From Albugo candida (lineage: Eukaryota): DNA of 64,000 nt. The stretch spans positions 310,001 to 374,000 of the forward strand of contig JBDOQK010000014.1 of NCBI GenBank assembly GCA_040437565.1. The letters are read 5' to 3'. Position 1 is the first letter of the stretch, and each line of letters opens with the position of its first letter. Shown here piece after piece: positions 1 to 13,900 of the stretch. A program made the translations under genes and the position numbers. The notes under the pieces were generated by a model. It saw only the letters and a list, made by a program, of their open reading frames with translations, had not been told where the DNA came from and searched no databases.

Positions 1-1967
1 CTCATGAGGATACCAACATTAGAAAGAATCCAATCACAACTGCTACGAGAGCACGAACGATCTGAACCAGAAGGATTCAAGGAACAAGATGGTTACCAGA
101 AACTAAGGAGGCAAAGATTCAGCTCGTGATATTGTTTCAGTGCTTATTGTGGCGGGATCAGAAGACCTACACTCAAGCAATCAAGCCAGTAAAGCATGTC
201 GAATGGAAGGAGACTGCAGACGCAGAACCAGCCTCACTGGAGGAAAACGGAACATGAACGATTGTACCAAGAACCGAAGATATCGAAGCCTTACATACCA
301 AGTGGGTATTCAAGCGGAAAACCAAAGCATACGAGAATTTGGAAAGGTTTAAGGCTAGAATGGTTGCCTACGGGAACGAACAGGTATTCGGAGTCAGGTA
401 CGATATGACATTTGCAGCAATCGTGGATTTAGGGGCAGCAAAGCTCATAATAGCTTTAGCGAGGATCTGGGGAATGCCAGCGAGGCATGGTGACGAACCT
501 ATGCGTACGTGAAGGCAGCGAAAGGAGAGGACTTGGACCTGTATTGAACGTGTCTCAAGGAATGGAAATTTCGATTTCGATGATGGATGAACTCTAAGTT
601 ACGAGTCGTGATCAAATGGTACTGCGCTTACAGTAGAGTCTATATGGGTTGAAGCAAGAAGGACGACTATGGAGTCACCTTTTGCATGAAAAGCTGATAA
701 ATACAGGTTTTAAGCAAAGTCTCGTAGACTGATGTTTATATTACGACCAAGACACAAATGGTATTACGGTTTTGGGGGTATATGTCGATGATATACTGAT
801 AACGGGGGCAAGTATTTCGAGAATCGAGTCGATATTTGATAGTCTCTCAAGTCTTTCAATCAAGAATCTCGGACCCGTCAGCAGGTTCCTGCGAATGTGA
901 GTTCAGTAAAGCGAAGAAGATGGATACTCTTTGGATCAGGAACCGTCCATATGTGAATTGAAAACAAAAATGGGTCTATATGAAGCGCATCCAGTCCTCA
1001 CGCCTATCGGTCAAGACTACAGCGATAGCACAGCATCAAATTCGGACTGCTTGAAGATGCGTTCAGTCAAGAAGCCAACGATCAAGAAATTTCCAGTCTT
1101 TGGCGGGAAGCCTTTTATGGTTTGCGCGTTGCATTCGTCCAGACATCAGTTTCGCTATACACAACCGGACGAGACATACTCATGCACCAACGACAGCCGA
1201 TTGGGCGTTAGGTGTCAGAGTGGTAAAGTATCTCAAGGTTACGAAAAGTCTAAAGCTCTATTTGGTTGGTGAAGTTTGCACCAATCCGAGATAAGTCATT
1301 CTAGGAGCGTTTTCAGATGCTGATCATGCAGCGGATGATGAAATGAGAAAAAGCGTATCTGGTATAGCATTCATTTTGAATGGAATGGCGATCATCTGGT
1401 CATGCAAATAGTAGCACTCAGTGGCATTATCGACGATGGAAGCGGAGTTCGGAGCAGCATCGAAGGCATCGCAGGAATTATTTGGAGCAAGGGAATTATT
1501 CCGAGTTGAACGTCAAAGTGAAGGAGGCAATGATCTTGTGGATGAATAACCAGGCGGCTATCAGTCAGTTTCTCTACGAAGCTACTTCAATCAAGGCTAA
1601 GCATATCGACGTCTGACTTAAGTTCGTCAGAGCTAACGTGGTCAACCAAATTATCGCACCAAGGTACGTGCATACATCGAAAATGTTGGCCGACTTGCAG
1701 ACAAAGGCGTTTCCGACACCAAGATTTCTTTAGCCAAGAGAGTTATGGCAGGTAAGGGATCGAACGATGAAAGTTGAAGATGACAAACTTCCAAGTGCGA
1801 CCAGAAAGGAAGGAGTATTGAAAGGACTCTGGAATGTGCTTAAGGTATCATCTAGTCGCACTTGGTACTTCGTCTAAACGATTGGTTAGGATTTTAATTC
1901 TCTAAAAATAAAACCTCAGTTTCCACAATTTTTTTCCAACGCAACCGTGTTCGCTCACCTACCAACA
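1..1967 (+). mobile_element. Degenerate Ty1/copia LTR retrotransposon, 3' part (RT-RNase H plus 3' LTR), open at window start
   Basis: Frameshifted copia motifs: ARMVAYGNEQVFG, LYGLKQEGRLW, GVYVDDILITG, LLWFARCIRPDISFA, KAKHIDV. PPT AGAAAGGAAGGAG precedes the LTR. Confidence 0.93.
1816..1967 (+). repeat. 3' LTR (~150 bp) of copia family A
   Basis: TATTG...CCAACA termini after the PPT. Shares CTAGTCGCACTTG.TACT...ACGATTGGTTAGGATT...CGCTCACCT.CCA.CA with 38970-39113 (+) and 43968-44105 (-). Confidence 0.85.
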
Positions 1968-2721
1968 GTGAAGAATTATATGTCTCTCTACGACCTTTCA
2001 CTGCCTACGACTCTTCACGAGATGGTGATCTTCCACCAGTGGAGATCTTCAACTTACCGTTGCTGTAAATTCAGTAGATCCGGCTGGCTAAAAATATCAA
2101 ATATGATGTACCAAAATGATGTAATATGATTGGCTAAAAAATGGATGGGGTGAGTTTAGGAAAAAGCGTGGGTGAGGTTAGGAATTCCCTTTGCGGAGGA
2201 TGAATAATGATTCCCTTTATACAATCATGCATACAAATAGAACAGGTACTATCAGCCTGTCATTTACCCTCCAAGAGTGGAGAATTAAGTAACCGCATGG
2301 CAGGTTTTAGGATCGGATAATGCAAGGATTGCCACATGTTTGAAAAGGCCTCCAAACGACACTTGCTGGAATAGGTCGTGCTCGCAAAAGTAGTGTTAGG
2401 TCAATATGCGGAAGAGAATTCTATACAAGATTAACGATCTGCCGGATAGCGAGCACAAAAAAAAGCCACATCGCTGAGCGTTTGTGGCTGGAGGTGTGCT
2501 CATAATGATACAAAAAAAGTATCGGGAGCATGTGTGCCGTAACGAATACAGAAAACGGCATGGTGGAGGAAGGTGTAGAAAGGAAAGAAAAGCACAAGAG
2601 AAACAGAATTACTTGTTTGATTTTGAGCTTTCTGGCATCCAAAGAGGTCAATCAAGAGTCGCGGGACTGAATCTGTGGCAAATGTGATATAGTGAAATGG
2701 GCAGCAATTATCATTTTCGCT

Positions 2722-3628
2722 TAAGTGCATCGGTAAAGTGCAAAGGTCGTGTCTATCTCTAATGGCATTATTGTTTCGCCATTGCCACCGACCATAAATG
2801 GGTGCTTTGCCACTTGACTTGATAAAAGTTGTGCTTGGGGATCGATAAGTGCATCGGTAAAGTGCAAAGGTCGTGTCTATCTCTAATGGCATTATTGTTT
2901 CGCCATTGCCACCGACCATAAATGGGTGCTTTGCCACTTGACTTGATAAAAGTTGTGCTTGGGGATCGATAAGTGCATCGGTAAAGTGCAAAGGTCGTGT
3001 CTATCTCTAATGGCATTATTGTTTCGCCATTGCCACCGACCATAAATGGGTGCTTTGCCACTTGACTTGATAAAAGTTGTGCTTGGGGATCGATAAGTGC
3101 ATCGGTAAAGTGCAAAGGTCGTGTCTATCTCTAATGGCATTATTGTTTCGCCATTGCCACCGACCATAAATGGGTGCTTTGCCACTTGACTTGATAAAAG
3201 TTGTGCTTGGGGATCGATAAGTGCATCGGTAAAGTGCAAAGGTCGTGTCTATCTCTAATGGCATTATTGTTTCGCCATTGCCACCGACCATAAATGGGTG
3301 CTTTGCCACTTGACTTGATAAAAGTTGTGCTTGGGGATCGATAAGTGCATCGGTAAAGTGCAAAGGTCGTGTCTATCTCTAATGGCATTATTGTTTCGCC
3401 ATTGCCACCGACCATAAATGGGTGCTTTGCCACTTGACTTGATAAAAGTTGTGCTTGGGGATCNNNNNNNNNNNNNNNNNNNNNNNNNNNNNNNNNNNNN
3501 NNNNNNNNNNNNNNNNNNNNNNNNNNNNNNNNNNNNNNNNNNNNNNNNNNNNNNNNNNNNNNNCATTGCCACCGACCATAAATGGGTGCTTTGCCACTTG
3601 ACTTGATAAAAGTTGTGCTTGGGGATCG
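2722..3628. repeat. 124-bp tandem repeat, ~6 identical copies running into an N gap (3464-3563), with a partial copy after the gap
   Basis: Units start at 2722, 2846, 2970, 3094, 3218 and 3342 with identical sequence. This explains the identical ORFs in the track. Confidence 0.95.
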
Positions 3629-4390
3629 ACACGTACCATTTTATCCAATACATCGATTGCAGCGTTGGGTATTACATGCGTCATTTTCCGCTTTTGTAAA
3701 AGAGCTTGAACGTTATAATATGAATGCGATACTTCGAATCGGTGCTTCGAGCTACTTGCACTGGACGTGAGCTAGTGAGCATCATACCCAGCGACCAAAG
3801 AAACTTCGCTCTGGTTGGACCATAATAACGCCCTAACATCATTCATATAGCACATAAGAAGCATTCTCGACAGTTTTCGAGCGTGATGATTGAGCAGGCG
3901 AGTCCAGTCCAAAATTGCACAATTTTGCATACGAAATCGTCGATTTATGACATGTTATTCTGGGATTAATCGCAATGTACGTATCGATACTGATCCAAAT
4001 AACGGACGCCATCAAGGATTCGCGAAAATATCGAGCTGCATCCATCGTGTCTAGTCTTCCTTCTCCGCTTAACTGAATGACATCGACAAGCTCACGCCGG
4101 TCACGGAAATTTCAATCGATGTAGAGGCACCGATAATGATCGATCTCGTCCAACCTAAGGGTAATATTCCGCTGCCTATGTCCATTGAAAATTTTGAGAG
4201 CTCGGGATATTCCAACTTCAATTACGACATCTTTAGAAACGTGAGGACATGTCATGAGCGCCACTTAAGCTGTAGGTGACGTCAGCTGCACCCGTTTGAC
4301 TGCTTTAAAGCTTTGTAAGATGTGCACAAGCGCACTGAACCGTCCCCTAAGAAAGCATGAGTGAGGTTTCGCTGGATCAAGTACCTTAAG
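3564..4390 (-). pseudogene. Ser/Thr protein kinase pseudogene (CAMK-like)
   Basis: Minus-strand fragments in kinase order: RYLIQRNLTHAFLGDGSVRLC; DVVIEVGISRALKIFNGHRQRNI; ELVDVIQLSGEGRLDTMDAARYFRE; AKLCNFGL (DFG region); AIDVLDKMVRVDPQAQLLSSQVAKHPF (subdomain XI). Stops and frameshifts lie between them. Confidence 0.75.
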
Positions 4391-4922
4391 ACGATTGCGT
4401 GACCCTGTAAGTGATATGGACACTGAAGAGTGGTACGAAGACAGTTTATATGTTTGCGTGTAGTTGCCGATTGCACTGCAATTAGCACACTGTTGTCAAA
4501 TACGTTATCAAGCCTTTACTCATGCGACACGTACATTCATAAAAAAAGCGAACACAATTAATATTTCCTATCTTGAAATCGTTTTTTACGTTTCGCATTA
4601 AAGGTGCGATTGCGTCTATCGCCACCGATGCCTTTCTGACTACGTATGGTACCGCTACTTGGTTGTGATCCAATAACAGAGCGAGGGATAGTAGAGAAGC
4701 GCCAAAAGAACACTTCTTTGCTGTATTATTAAGTTCCAAAAAATTACCAATAAAAACAAAATTTATATTCTAAATAAAATTTATATGGAATAGTAGTTTG
4801 AACACGCAGATGGTCAGAGGAAGCTGTCTCAATTTCTCAAGTTTATTTTAAGGTAACCGCTTCGATTTGATTTGATCCCTGCGGCACAATCCTCGTAATA
4901 TCGGCATCTATATACCATGTCT

Positions 4923-7900
4923 TCTTGTTTATGAGAAAAGGTAAATGTAGGAGCTCTATATTTAGAAGTTAATATAGGGAGCGCATATAAGCACTTCCCC
5001 ATTCAGGAGCCAATAAAATCATTTCCATCAATCACGTAATTATCATGATATGTGTGTCATACTTTGTTGCGTCTGTGCTATCGTTTTGAATGCAAGGACC
5101 CAGCTCAGCCTGCTAGCTTTTTAGTTGAAGTCAAAAGTCGATATCCTACCCACACACAGCAAAATATAATCGCGCTGCCTATCTCTGCTTATTCTCATTC
5201 GTTTATCGAATGCTCATCATGTTGCTATAAGGAAGGCTTTTGAATAATAGCATCGATGTACAATTCTTTACTTCATCATTGTAAGCCTTCGGGTAGCGAT
5301 GCGTTGTTACTTATGCCAGTTTCAGTAATATGGAATGACGTAGCCATGGTATCCTCTTCTTACTATTTGATTGCTGTGAAATGGCGCTCCATTTATCTGT
5401 AAATTGATCAAATTCTATTGCCCTTGGATCAAGGAGGACATGGAAAGAATAATAGTGTATTGCTACGTTATGATTTTAATCTACTCAACTTCAAAAATAC
5501 TCCTCGAGATTTCCATCTCTTTTAGCGGATAGCTCTTGCTTCTCGTCCATGAAGTCACCATGGACTGACTACTCGCTGATATGCTCCAATTTTTCTGTGT
5601 CTATTGTTTGTACGTGTCTGTGATAAATGATTGCTGATTGTCACGTGATTGGGTAGAGTCGATACGGAATGATTTTATTGGCTCTTGAATTGGGGGGAGG
5701 GGTGAGAATAGTTAAAGGGGTGTGTGATTATATGCGCTCCCTCAATATATATTCGCGAATCTTTCCAAACCCCGACTGCTTGATTGAATATGCTTGCCGA
5801 TAGGTAGAAAAGACCGCACGCATCAAACTAATACATGAAATTTATAGTGTCCGTGAGCACAAACTTCAACGACATTTGATTTCCACCACTCCTACACCGT
5901 ACGTATATTCGGCTCTGATGTTTTTTCAAGTGCACGTTCCGGCCATGACATGACTTACTAATTTTGGTGTAAACCGACAAGAGTTTTGAACTCCTCCGAT
6001 CTTGGTGCATGAAGCGCCTTCGCCATCATCTTAGCTGGCATGCGAGAACCTTCACAATATTCGGTCTTGGGAATCCCACGTTTGGCGTACGAGCCACAAA
6101 CTTTATTCTCACGTCAATGTGTTTTGCTTTTGATGAAGATTCACCGGCAAGTTGCCAGAGTGCTGCATGGTTATCGACCTCGAATGACATCGGAATCACA
6201 CAATCTCATCATCTCTCTCAGCAGTTCTCTTATGCCAATCATCTTCGCAACTACGACCGACGTAACCATAAACAATACGACTAAAATATCCGCCACTTCA
6301 ATATACCATCTCGTAATGGGTCTACGGTCCGCCTTGTCCGCACCGAAGTCTGCATCACTATAACCCACCAATTTGAGTGTGTATTAAGTTCGTCACGTCG
6401 TTTCATTGGTAAACGAACGTTCTTTGACTTTTGTAGTTTCCTGTCTATTTTCAGACAAGATTGCGATCACCTTCAGTCGGAAAATGCATACGTCTTGTCG
6501 CACGATGTAACTCGAACGAACTATCGTGGAGGGTGCATCGCGATATTCATGGCACCTTTCCCTCCAAGGATTCAAATGCGCGCACGGAGATTATGTGTGG
6601 TACAAATCGGGAGCATGACATCGCTTTCAACAACGTCATTGGTGGTATCATCAACCGGAATCCCCGTTCCTTGGGATTTTCCAGACCCAGTACTTTGAGC
6701 ATATCCACAGTCTTCACTTCTTGATCAGCATCGTAAACCACTTCATCATCGTAATTAATTCGCATTCGGAGAAATTTATGCGCAGTACCCAAATTTTTAC
6801 AGAAAAATGCTTCAAATCACTAAGAAACATGTCGATCTGCAAAGGTTCAGCAGCCGTTATCAGAACTATACTGCTTCCAGTAAACACACATGTCTGTAAC
6901 ACAGTGTGTAAATCTTAGGAATACAAGTTTCTTATGCAGCAATTCTGACCAAAGTATTCCTTCTTGTTTCAACCGTACAGCGCTTTCTTTGAATTTAACG
7001 GCGGTTCGTTCTTCCTTTTGACTTTCCATGACTCAAGTGTATCGGGGGCCACGTCTATTCTTCGCAGGATTCTTAGAAAAATGTTGAGCTCCGTTTCCTT
7101 GTCAGCTTTGACATATGCGATGGACATATCGCCATACTGTGCCGGGATCCGCCATGTTCTCGCTAAAGCCAATATTGTAATTTTACACTTGACATCTCCA
7201 TCACAACTTCGAAGGTAACGTTATAGTCACGACCAAAAACGTACTCATTTCTACACGCGCCAAACGAGCTTGGTATCGCTCCAAATTTCCATCTGCGTCA
7301 TGTTTCGTCTTATACACCTATGTAGACAATTTGCATCAATTGGTGGCACCAGCATTTTTTACAATTGGTCGCTCTCCAAAGCTCGAAACTCTCTTGCATC
7401 GCCGATTCTCATTTAGACTTGTCCACGCTCTGAAGTACCTCGCGGTAAGTTGACGAGCCCGTATCTTTTCATACTTTTCACCACTCTAGGGCGAACCTTT
7501 AACGCCATAGATACGTCTCGTCTTCCAGCTGAGTCCTTCTGTATCGATCTTGTCACTAGACGCTCCATTGCCCATACTGGCTTGGTTAAGCAACTGCGAC
7601 TCATCGACATGTTTCCATTTATTTCATCCCACACACTTTCTTCGCATTCGCGTCTTTGTAACCGTTGATTTTTGAAGCAACACTAAGTCGTTCTCTTTAT
7701 CGAGAGTCTCGATTTATCGTATATGCTGATTTGTGATTACGGTGTGCTACTTGAGTAAAAAGACTTAATAGCCTCTAGTGCCATCACGAATCCCAAGGAT
7801 AATACCGCGTTGTGCGCGATTCGCTAAATTCTTCTTCTCCGGATCCCTATACAACGAACATGAAGAGCCAAAAACCACAACTCATTCCGTTATGGCGACG

Positions 7901-10661
7901 CATGGGTAAGCATCTGGATTGGAGATTAGTTGCCGGTATAAGCGTTCGTAGGTGAACGATTCAGCATGTATGCTGCGTATGAACCGCTTCCAACCAAAAC
8001 TTAAGTGGAAATGCAGAATAAAGCGACACTAGTGTATCCACCACCCGAGTCTGTATGCAAGACGCAAACTCGACAATCGGAACGATTTTTGGAATAAAAC
8101 AAAGAATCCTAAAATGATTTGGCCGCTTTATCCTTGGTGTGGGCGAGAAATGTTTTTACGTTATCACTTTTGTGAACCATAACCATGCAGCGATTTTTTA
8201 GCCTTTCCCTTGGGGTCATGGGGCCTTTGTGATCCGAGGAAATAACCTCATCAGCCCGCTTAATAGGATATCTCGCTCCAGTATCTTGAGTGGATTGTCG
8301 ATTTTTGTTTTGCTTGCCTTGTGCGCATGTCAAGCAACTGACACGAGTTCGATCGGTCAGTATGATATCCGAAGCTGTAGTTTGAGTCAATAGTCAATCT
8401 CTCCATGGCACCATAATCAAGCTGGCCGAAGCGCCGATGAAAATCATATATTGTACCCCGTCATGGTACGTGGGGAGTATCTTCGGTTGCTTCGTGATTG
8501 TCCGCAAGTGCCTCCAAAATTACGTCTCGAGATGGCTGCAGTGCACGTAGTTGACGATTAGCAAGTTTCTAGTTGAGGTCCACGTCGAAGACCACACCTT
8601 TTCCATGACACGTTTCGAGTACACGCTGTGCAACACGTCGATCGAGAACGTACCCTTTGGCGTTCGATACTCCATACGATATCAAATTGTGAGCAATTTC
8701 GACCGCAATATAATTTTCAGAACTTTTCATATTCTGGAGCTTGCCATCCGCAGAGACCCCCAGTGTTATGTTGACCACTTTGCTTATCGTCATCTTGTCT
8801 CCGTTGGGCTGAATGCGCACACCTTTGACGTCTTCGACATATTCTAACCACGACTCGTTGCGGCATGAGTGACGACTTGATTCACTGTCCAATATCCAGC
8901 AATCATTTCCGCCAACGCCTTGTGCTGAGATCGCCAGCGTAAAGTTAGAGACACGTTTTGAGGCTTGGAAGCTTCGATTAGAATACATCGCTCTCAAACA
9001 TACAGTATCACCACATTCGTGACAACTTCTAGTCTATCATAATCTCGGCTCTCGGGTGACATTCGCCACATCTCTCTCGACAGTTGCTTCTTCGTTACAT
9101 ATTCCCAAGCTTGGGCAAAATGCGCCAGTTCCTCAACTTGCTGCAAATACTTCATTCGGTGGGCATCAACCTTTTCCATCAGTACGACCCTTGTGTCTTC
9201 TGACGCGTATTGCACGATGTTGTTGAGGACCAGGTATACTACTGCACCTTCTGGCACTTCCATCCCATCCACCAGGGGGAAAAAGTGTTCATTTTTCTTC
9301 GGATCCTGAGGCCGCGTAAGCAATTGCATTGACCGAGCCGGATTGATATGGGTTTTGAAAGCCTCAAGCATTTTTCCATCCCATGAGGGAGAGTCGGCAT
9401 TTGATTCCACAAATTTTCCAGTTGTTTATGGTAGCATCGTTCAGCCACGCCCTTGGAGATAAGCCCCAAGAAGGTCTACTTCAAAGCCTTCCAGCCAAAG
9501 AAAGCCACACGTTGACTGGGCAAAGCTCACTTGTCTTTCAAACGACTTCGCCATTCCAAAACCTCAGAGCCGATTCTTTTTTAACAATTCAGCTTCATCA
9601 AGCATAAGATTCCCAAGCTTTTCTGCCTTGCATCAGGGTACTGCACAACCCTTTTGTTGTAACGGTCTTTGAGCATCATTAACATGTTGATGGTACATTT
9701 GTGGACCGACCTGGGAATCGTTCAGAGCTTCGGCCTAAAACTGCTGCAATGGTGACTGCGGTAAATGATGGCCAGGTTGTCGCTGTCCATAATACCTCGG
9801 AGGCTCCCCTGACCGTTCCACATTTACCGGTGCAGTCGACCCACCCAACGTAGCTATATGCAATTGTGGTCGACGCCCAGTCCCGACGCAACAATCATCA
9901 CAGTATTTTTCACCCGGTCACCTCCACCTCCAGAAATCTGTCCTTGAATTTTGTTCTAGGATTCTTTCAAGCCATCCGATCGTGCCATCGATGCCCGCAG
10001 CAACATACTTGATCTTCTCTTCACATTCCTTTACCACACCAATTCTTTCGCACCTCCACACAGAACTTGAGCCCGAACGGCATTGATCGCGATCGATCGA
10101 ACTTGTTGGGCTCATAACCTGTTGTTTTTGAGAAAAGTTACGAGTAGAAATTTTATATAGTGAAGTTAATACATATCCGTGAATCTTCTCAAGCCCTGAC
10201 TGCTTGTCGATAGTTAGAAAAGACTGNNNNNNNNNNNNNNNNNNNNNNNNNNNNNNNNNNNNNNNNNNNNNNNNNNNNNNNNNNNNNNNNNNNNNNNNNN
10301 NNNNNNNNNNNNNNNNNNNNNNNNNNTTCTAGGATTCTTTCAAGCCATCCGATCGTGCCATCGATGCCCGCAGCAACATACTTGATCTTCTCTTCACATT
10401 CCTTTACCACACCAATTCTTTCGCACCTCCACACAGAACTTGAGCCCGAACGGCATTGATCGCGATCGATCGAACTTGTTGGGCTCATAACCTGTTGTTT
10501 TTGAGAAAAGTTACGAGTAGAAATTTTATATAGTGAAGTTAATACATATCCGTGAATCTTCTCAAGCCCTGACTGCTTGTCGATAGTTAGAAAAGACTGC
10601 ACGCATTGAAAATCTCCTCCAGTGTTTGTGTGTACAAACTTCAACGTCATTGATTCCAATA
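4923..10661 (-). mobile_element. Full-length degenerate Ty1/copia element (family B) with both LTRs and 5-bp TSD
   Basis: TSD TGTCT at 4918-4922 and 10662-10666. 5' LTR 10120-10661 (inflated by a gap duplication), followed by PBS GGTTATGAGCCC (10108-10119). Coding fragments: gag, protease WILDSESSRH, integrase CLTCAQGKQ/SDHKGPMTP, RT KKALYG, RNase H GYSDADFG. 3' LTR ~4923-5890 is split by a MITE. Confidence 0.92.
4977..5741. mobile_element. Non-autonomous TIR element (MITE-like, 765 bp) inserted in a copia LTR
   Basis: TIR GGGAGCGCATATAA (4977-4990) / TTATATGCGCTCCC (5728-5741). 8-bp TSD TTAATATA / TCAATATA. The flanks rejoin to match the LTR at 10493-10560. Confidence 0.85.
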
Positions 10662-10900
10662 TGTCTTCCAGCGAACCTCTGCATTTTAAGATCAATTTAA
10701 TTTTTCGATGGACAGTCATCCCGTGCGATAGATTCCACTGGATCGTTAAGCTCATCGGTCAAGAGTTTACTGCGTAAGTGTGCACAGATGGTCGTCCATC
10801 CATGCTACAATCTGTCGCAGTTGAATGCTTCGATAAAATATTCTTGCATCAGTCGGAATTGGCACAAAAAATAGGACAGGAAAGCAGATTGCAGTTGACA

Positions 10901-13900
10901 GTTGAAGGTGTCTATATAACTAGAGTCGGACTAAGTGACTTTTTTAGTTGCCTCGGATATCTTAGAAATCGAATAACCATACAAAAAACGTTTCCTGTAA
11001 AAACCTGTGCGAAATGATAATATGCTTCTTCTTTGATATTCCTGAACTGCGGTAGCCTGAAGGCCACGGAGAATACGAGACTGGGTCCAGCGCGTTAAAA
11101 CTGTAAATCTGTTTAAAAGTACCCTGTTTTGCACATTGGTGTCAACATACTAGCTGAAGAGAGCCATCCAACTAGGACTAGGATCGGGTTTGCACTTGCA
11201 GTTCTACATGCCGATGCCGTACCCGCGGCAATGGTCTTCGACTTCGAAAGAACAACCGAATGATACCTGCACTTTTAGCTGACGCAACACCTTGAAACCA
11301 GACTACATCAATCTTGATCGTAACATTGCTCCGAAAGTACCGAATGTGCACACAAAGCGTGGTGTAGATTTCGTAAGGTGCTGGATCTGTCGGAGTTACT
11401 GATCGCTGGTCAAACAGAATACAATTCCGATCGGTCCAGACGGTTACCGCTTGCAATGCAAGACATAAACCTGATTTAATTTGCTTATACTCCTTTCAAT
11501 CCTACCGTAATGCTGACACAATTTTACACGCAATATGCGTCCAAAGTGGTCGGGATGAGAAGAACTGGTCGCAACTAGAAATTAGCTCCCTCCATAATTG
11601 TGTTGTGATCGTACTCAAGAAAGTGATGTCGATCGGATTCCTCTACGGCACACGAATGCTGCGTGCACAATGTAATGTCGGGGTGAATATCCTTCGAGAT
11701 CATAAACGAGGTCGAATGGGCAACATCCAAAATACCCGACGAAACTGCAGATTTCATTATCGGTAAAACACGTTTACGAACACGTTTACGAAGATGCAGA
11801 GATGTAGCCATGAATGTTTCAACTTGTTCTGAATCCATTGCGTCGGATCGCTCCCGCGATGGCCCACGTGTTGACATCGGATGATCTAAGTTGGTTCGGG
11901 AGGTTTCCAGGCGATTCTTAAGAGTTGACAGCGCTGAATTAGATGGGAAATATTGCGTCGTTTCCTTCGTGTGTACTCCCATATGAAATGATCCGCTCCT
12001 TCTTTCTGGTTAAATCCAAGTGATGAGACTAAACGTCAAGTGGATACACTGTAGTGTGTGAGTGACTTCAGTGTAAAGTCGACTCAATGAAATTTATTCA
12101 GCCAGATTCGATATGTTCAGCTCTTCGTCGTTGTGATTAAGTTGTAGNNNNNNNNNNNNNNNNNNNNNNNNNNNNNNNNNNNNNNNNNNNNNNNNNNNNN
12201 NNNNNNNNNNNNNNNNNNNNNNNNNNNNNNNNNNNNNNNNNNNNNNNAGCCAGATTCGATATGTTCAGCTCTTCGTCGTTGTGATTAAGTTGTAGGGAAC
12301 GATTTCCGAAATGTTCGATGAGGTTCGTCCACCATGCCAAGATAATACCAACGTTTTGCGTATTCAGATTACAAGTAGCAGCTTTATAATGCCATTCTTG
12401 GTCGCAGTGACACCATTCCGGCCATTTCATGTAGTTCTGATGGCGTTAAAAGGCATTCAAATCTGGAATTTCAATTCACCAATCCATCTGATGCCACAAT
12501 TTAAAAGTGCGTCTCCATCGAAAAGATGCGCGCCCACATTGAGTGGTCCAAAGGAACGTTGGATAAGTTGTTATACTTTCGTCGAAGAAGTTGTCCAATT
12601 CGCTGGAAAAATTGTCAACGCATCGGATACGAACTGTTAAAAAAATTGAATAAGTTGTAGCTTTAGTCTCCCCAGCAAAAAAAGAGCTTAATGTCCACCA
12701 TCTTGTCGTCAAAGATAAAAATAAAGAAGAATTGTTTGCTGAGTAGGTGAACGTGTTTTGAAACTTTTTTCTGTTTCTGACCAGGCACAATCGATTTTGC
12801 ATCGACTGCCACTGACGAATAGACTCTACTGGTATGCCCACGGGCATCGTGTAATGCCGCAGACGTGATAAAATCATCGTCTGCGCAGCCAAGAGTAGAC
12901 AACGGACAGTCCTTGCACGTCAAAGCCATACTCCAAAACCACCATAAGACGCTTGTCGGATTAAAATAATCATCGATTGAGTTGGTTTCTGGCCAAACGG
13001 AATACCCAAATACTTGGATCTCTCTGGACCCATTATGGTCAAATTTAGAATACGGGGACACGTCATGGTCCGATTTAACGAGAACAAAGATGTTTTCCTC
13101 AAGTTAAATTTCTCACCAGATCCATCGGAATAGACTTAAACGAGTTCGAGTTGCGTCAAAACACCATCTGGTTTCTCTGAAAGCAATGTCGAATCACACG
13201 CGAAAAATAATCCAGTTGCGACAATCGTGCCATTAATTCAAATGCCATGTTCTTCATGTTGGCGAAGCAAATTTCCCAAAGCTTCGATCGTCATCAGAAA
13301 AAGTAATGCTGAGAGAGGATCACCTTGTTTCACTCCACGTTGCGGTGTAATGGACGGTTTGATATTTCCATTAATCATCAATCGCGCTTTTGTAATATTG
13401 TACAAAAGACGAACCCAGTCGATGAAACTTTTCAGCGCCCATTTTTCCAAAACGCGAAACATGTGCGTCCAATTGACTCGATCATAAGCTTTTTAAAAGT
13501 AGAGAGAGGTTGCACACGCTTCCTCTTCACGGTTAGGGACCAAGTCTTGAGTGTCGATGAGATCTCGAATGTGGCGTTGCATCGGCCGTCCTTGCACAAA
13601 TGCTTTTTGATCTTGATGGATCAGTTTTGGCAAAACCCGTTCCAATTGATGGTCCAATACTTTTAAAAGTAGATTGACATCGGCAAAAAGTAGCGCGATC
13701 TATCGTTAGTTGCCAGGATCATGTCGTGATCGTTTTTTTATAACAGTGTGATTGCCGAGTGGCGTTGTGATCGAAGTAAGATACTTACACGATCTTCAGA
13801 CACTCACCAACCGCTTTTTAAATCAAGCTGATAAAATGCAGCTCGTGAGATGTCTATACATGGAGAGGAACTACTTCGCATGTGCTGATCGTAAAATTCT

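Noticed and set aside
2722..3463. 124-bp array as a CRISPR or repeat-protein gene
   Set aside because: There are no variable spacers and no cas genes, and the unit length is not a multiple of 3. The identical ORFs are a by-product of the repeat.
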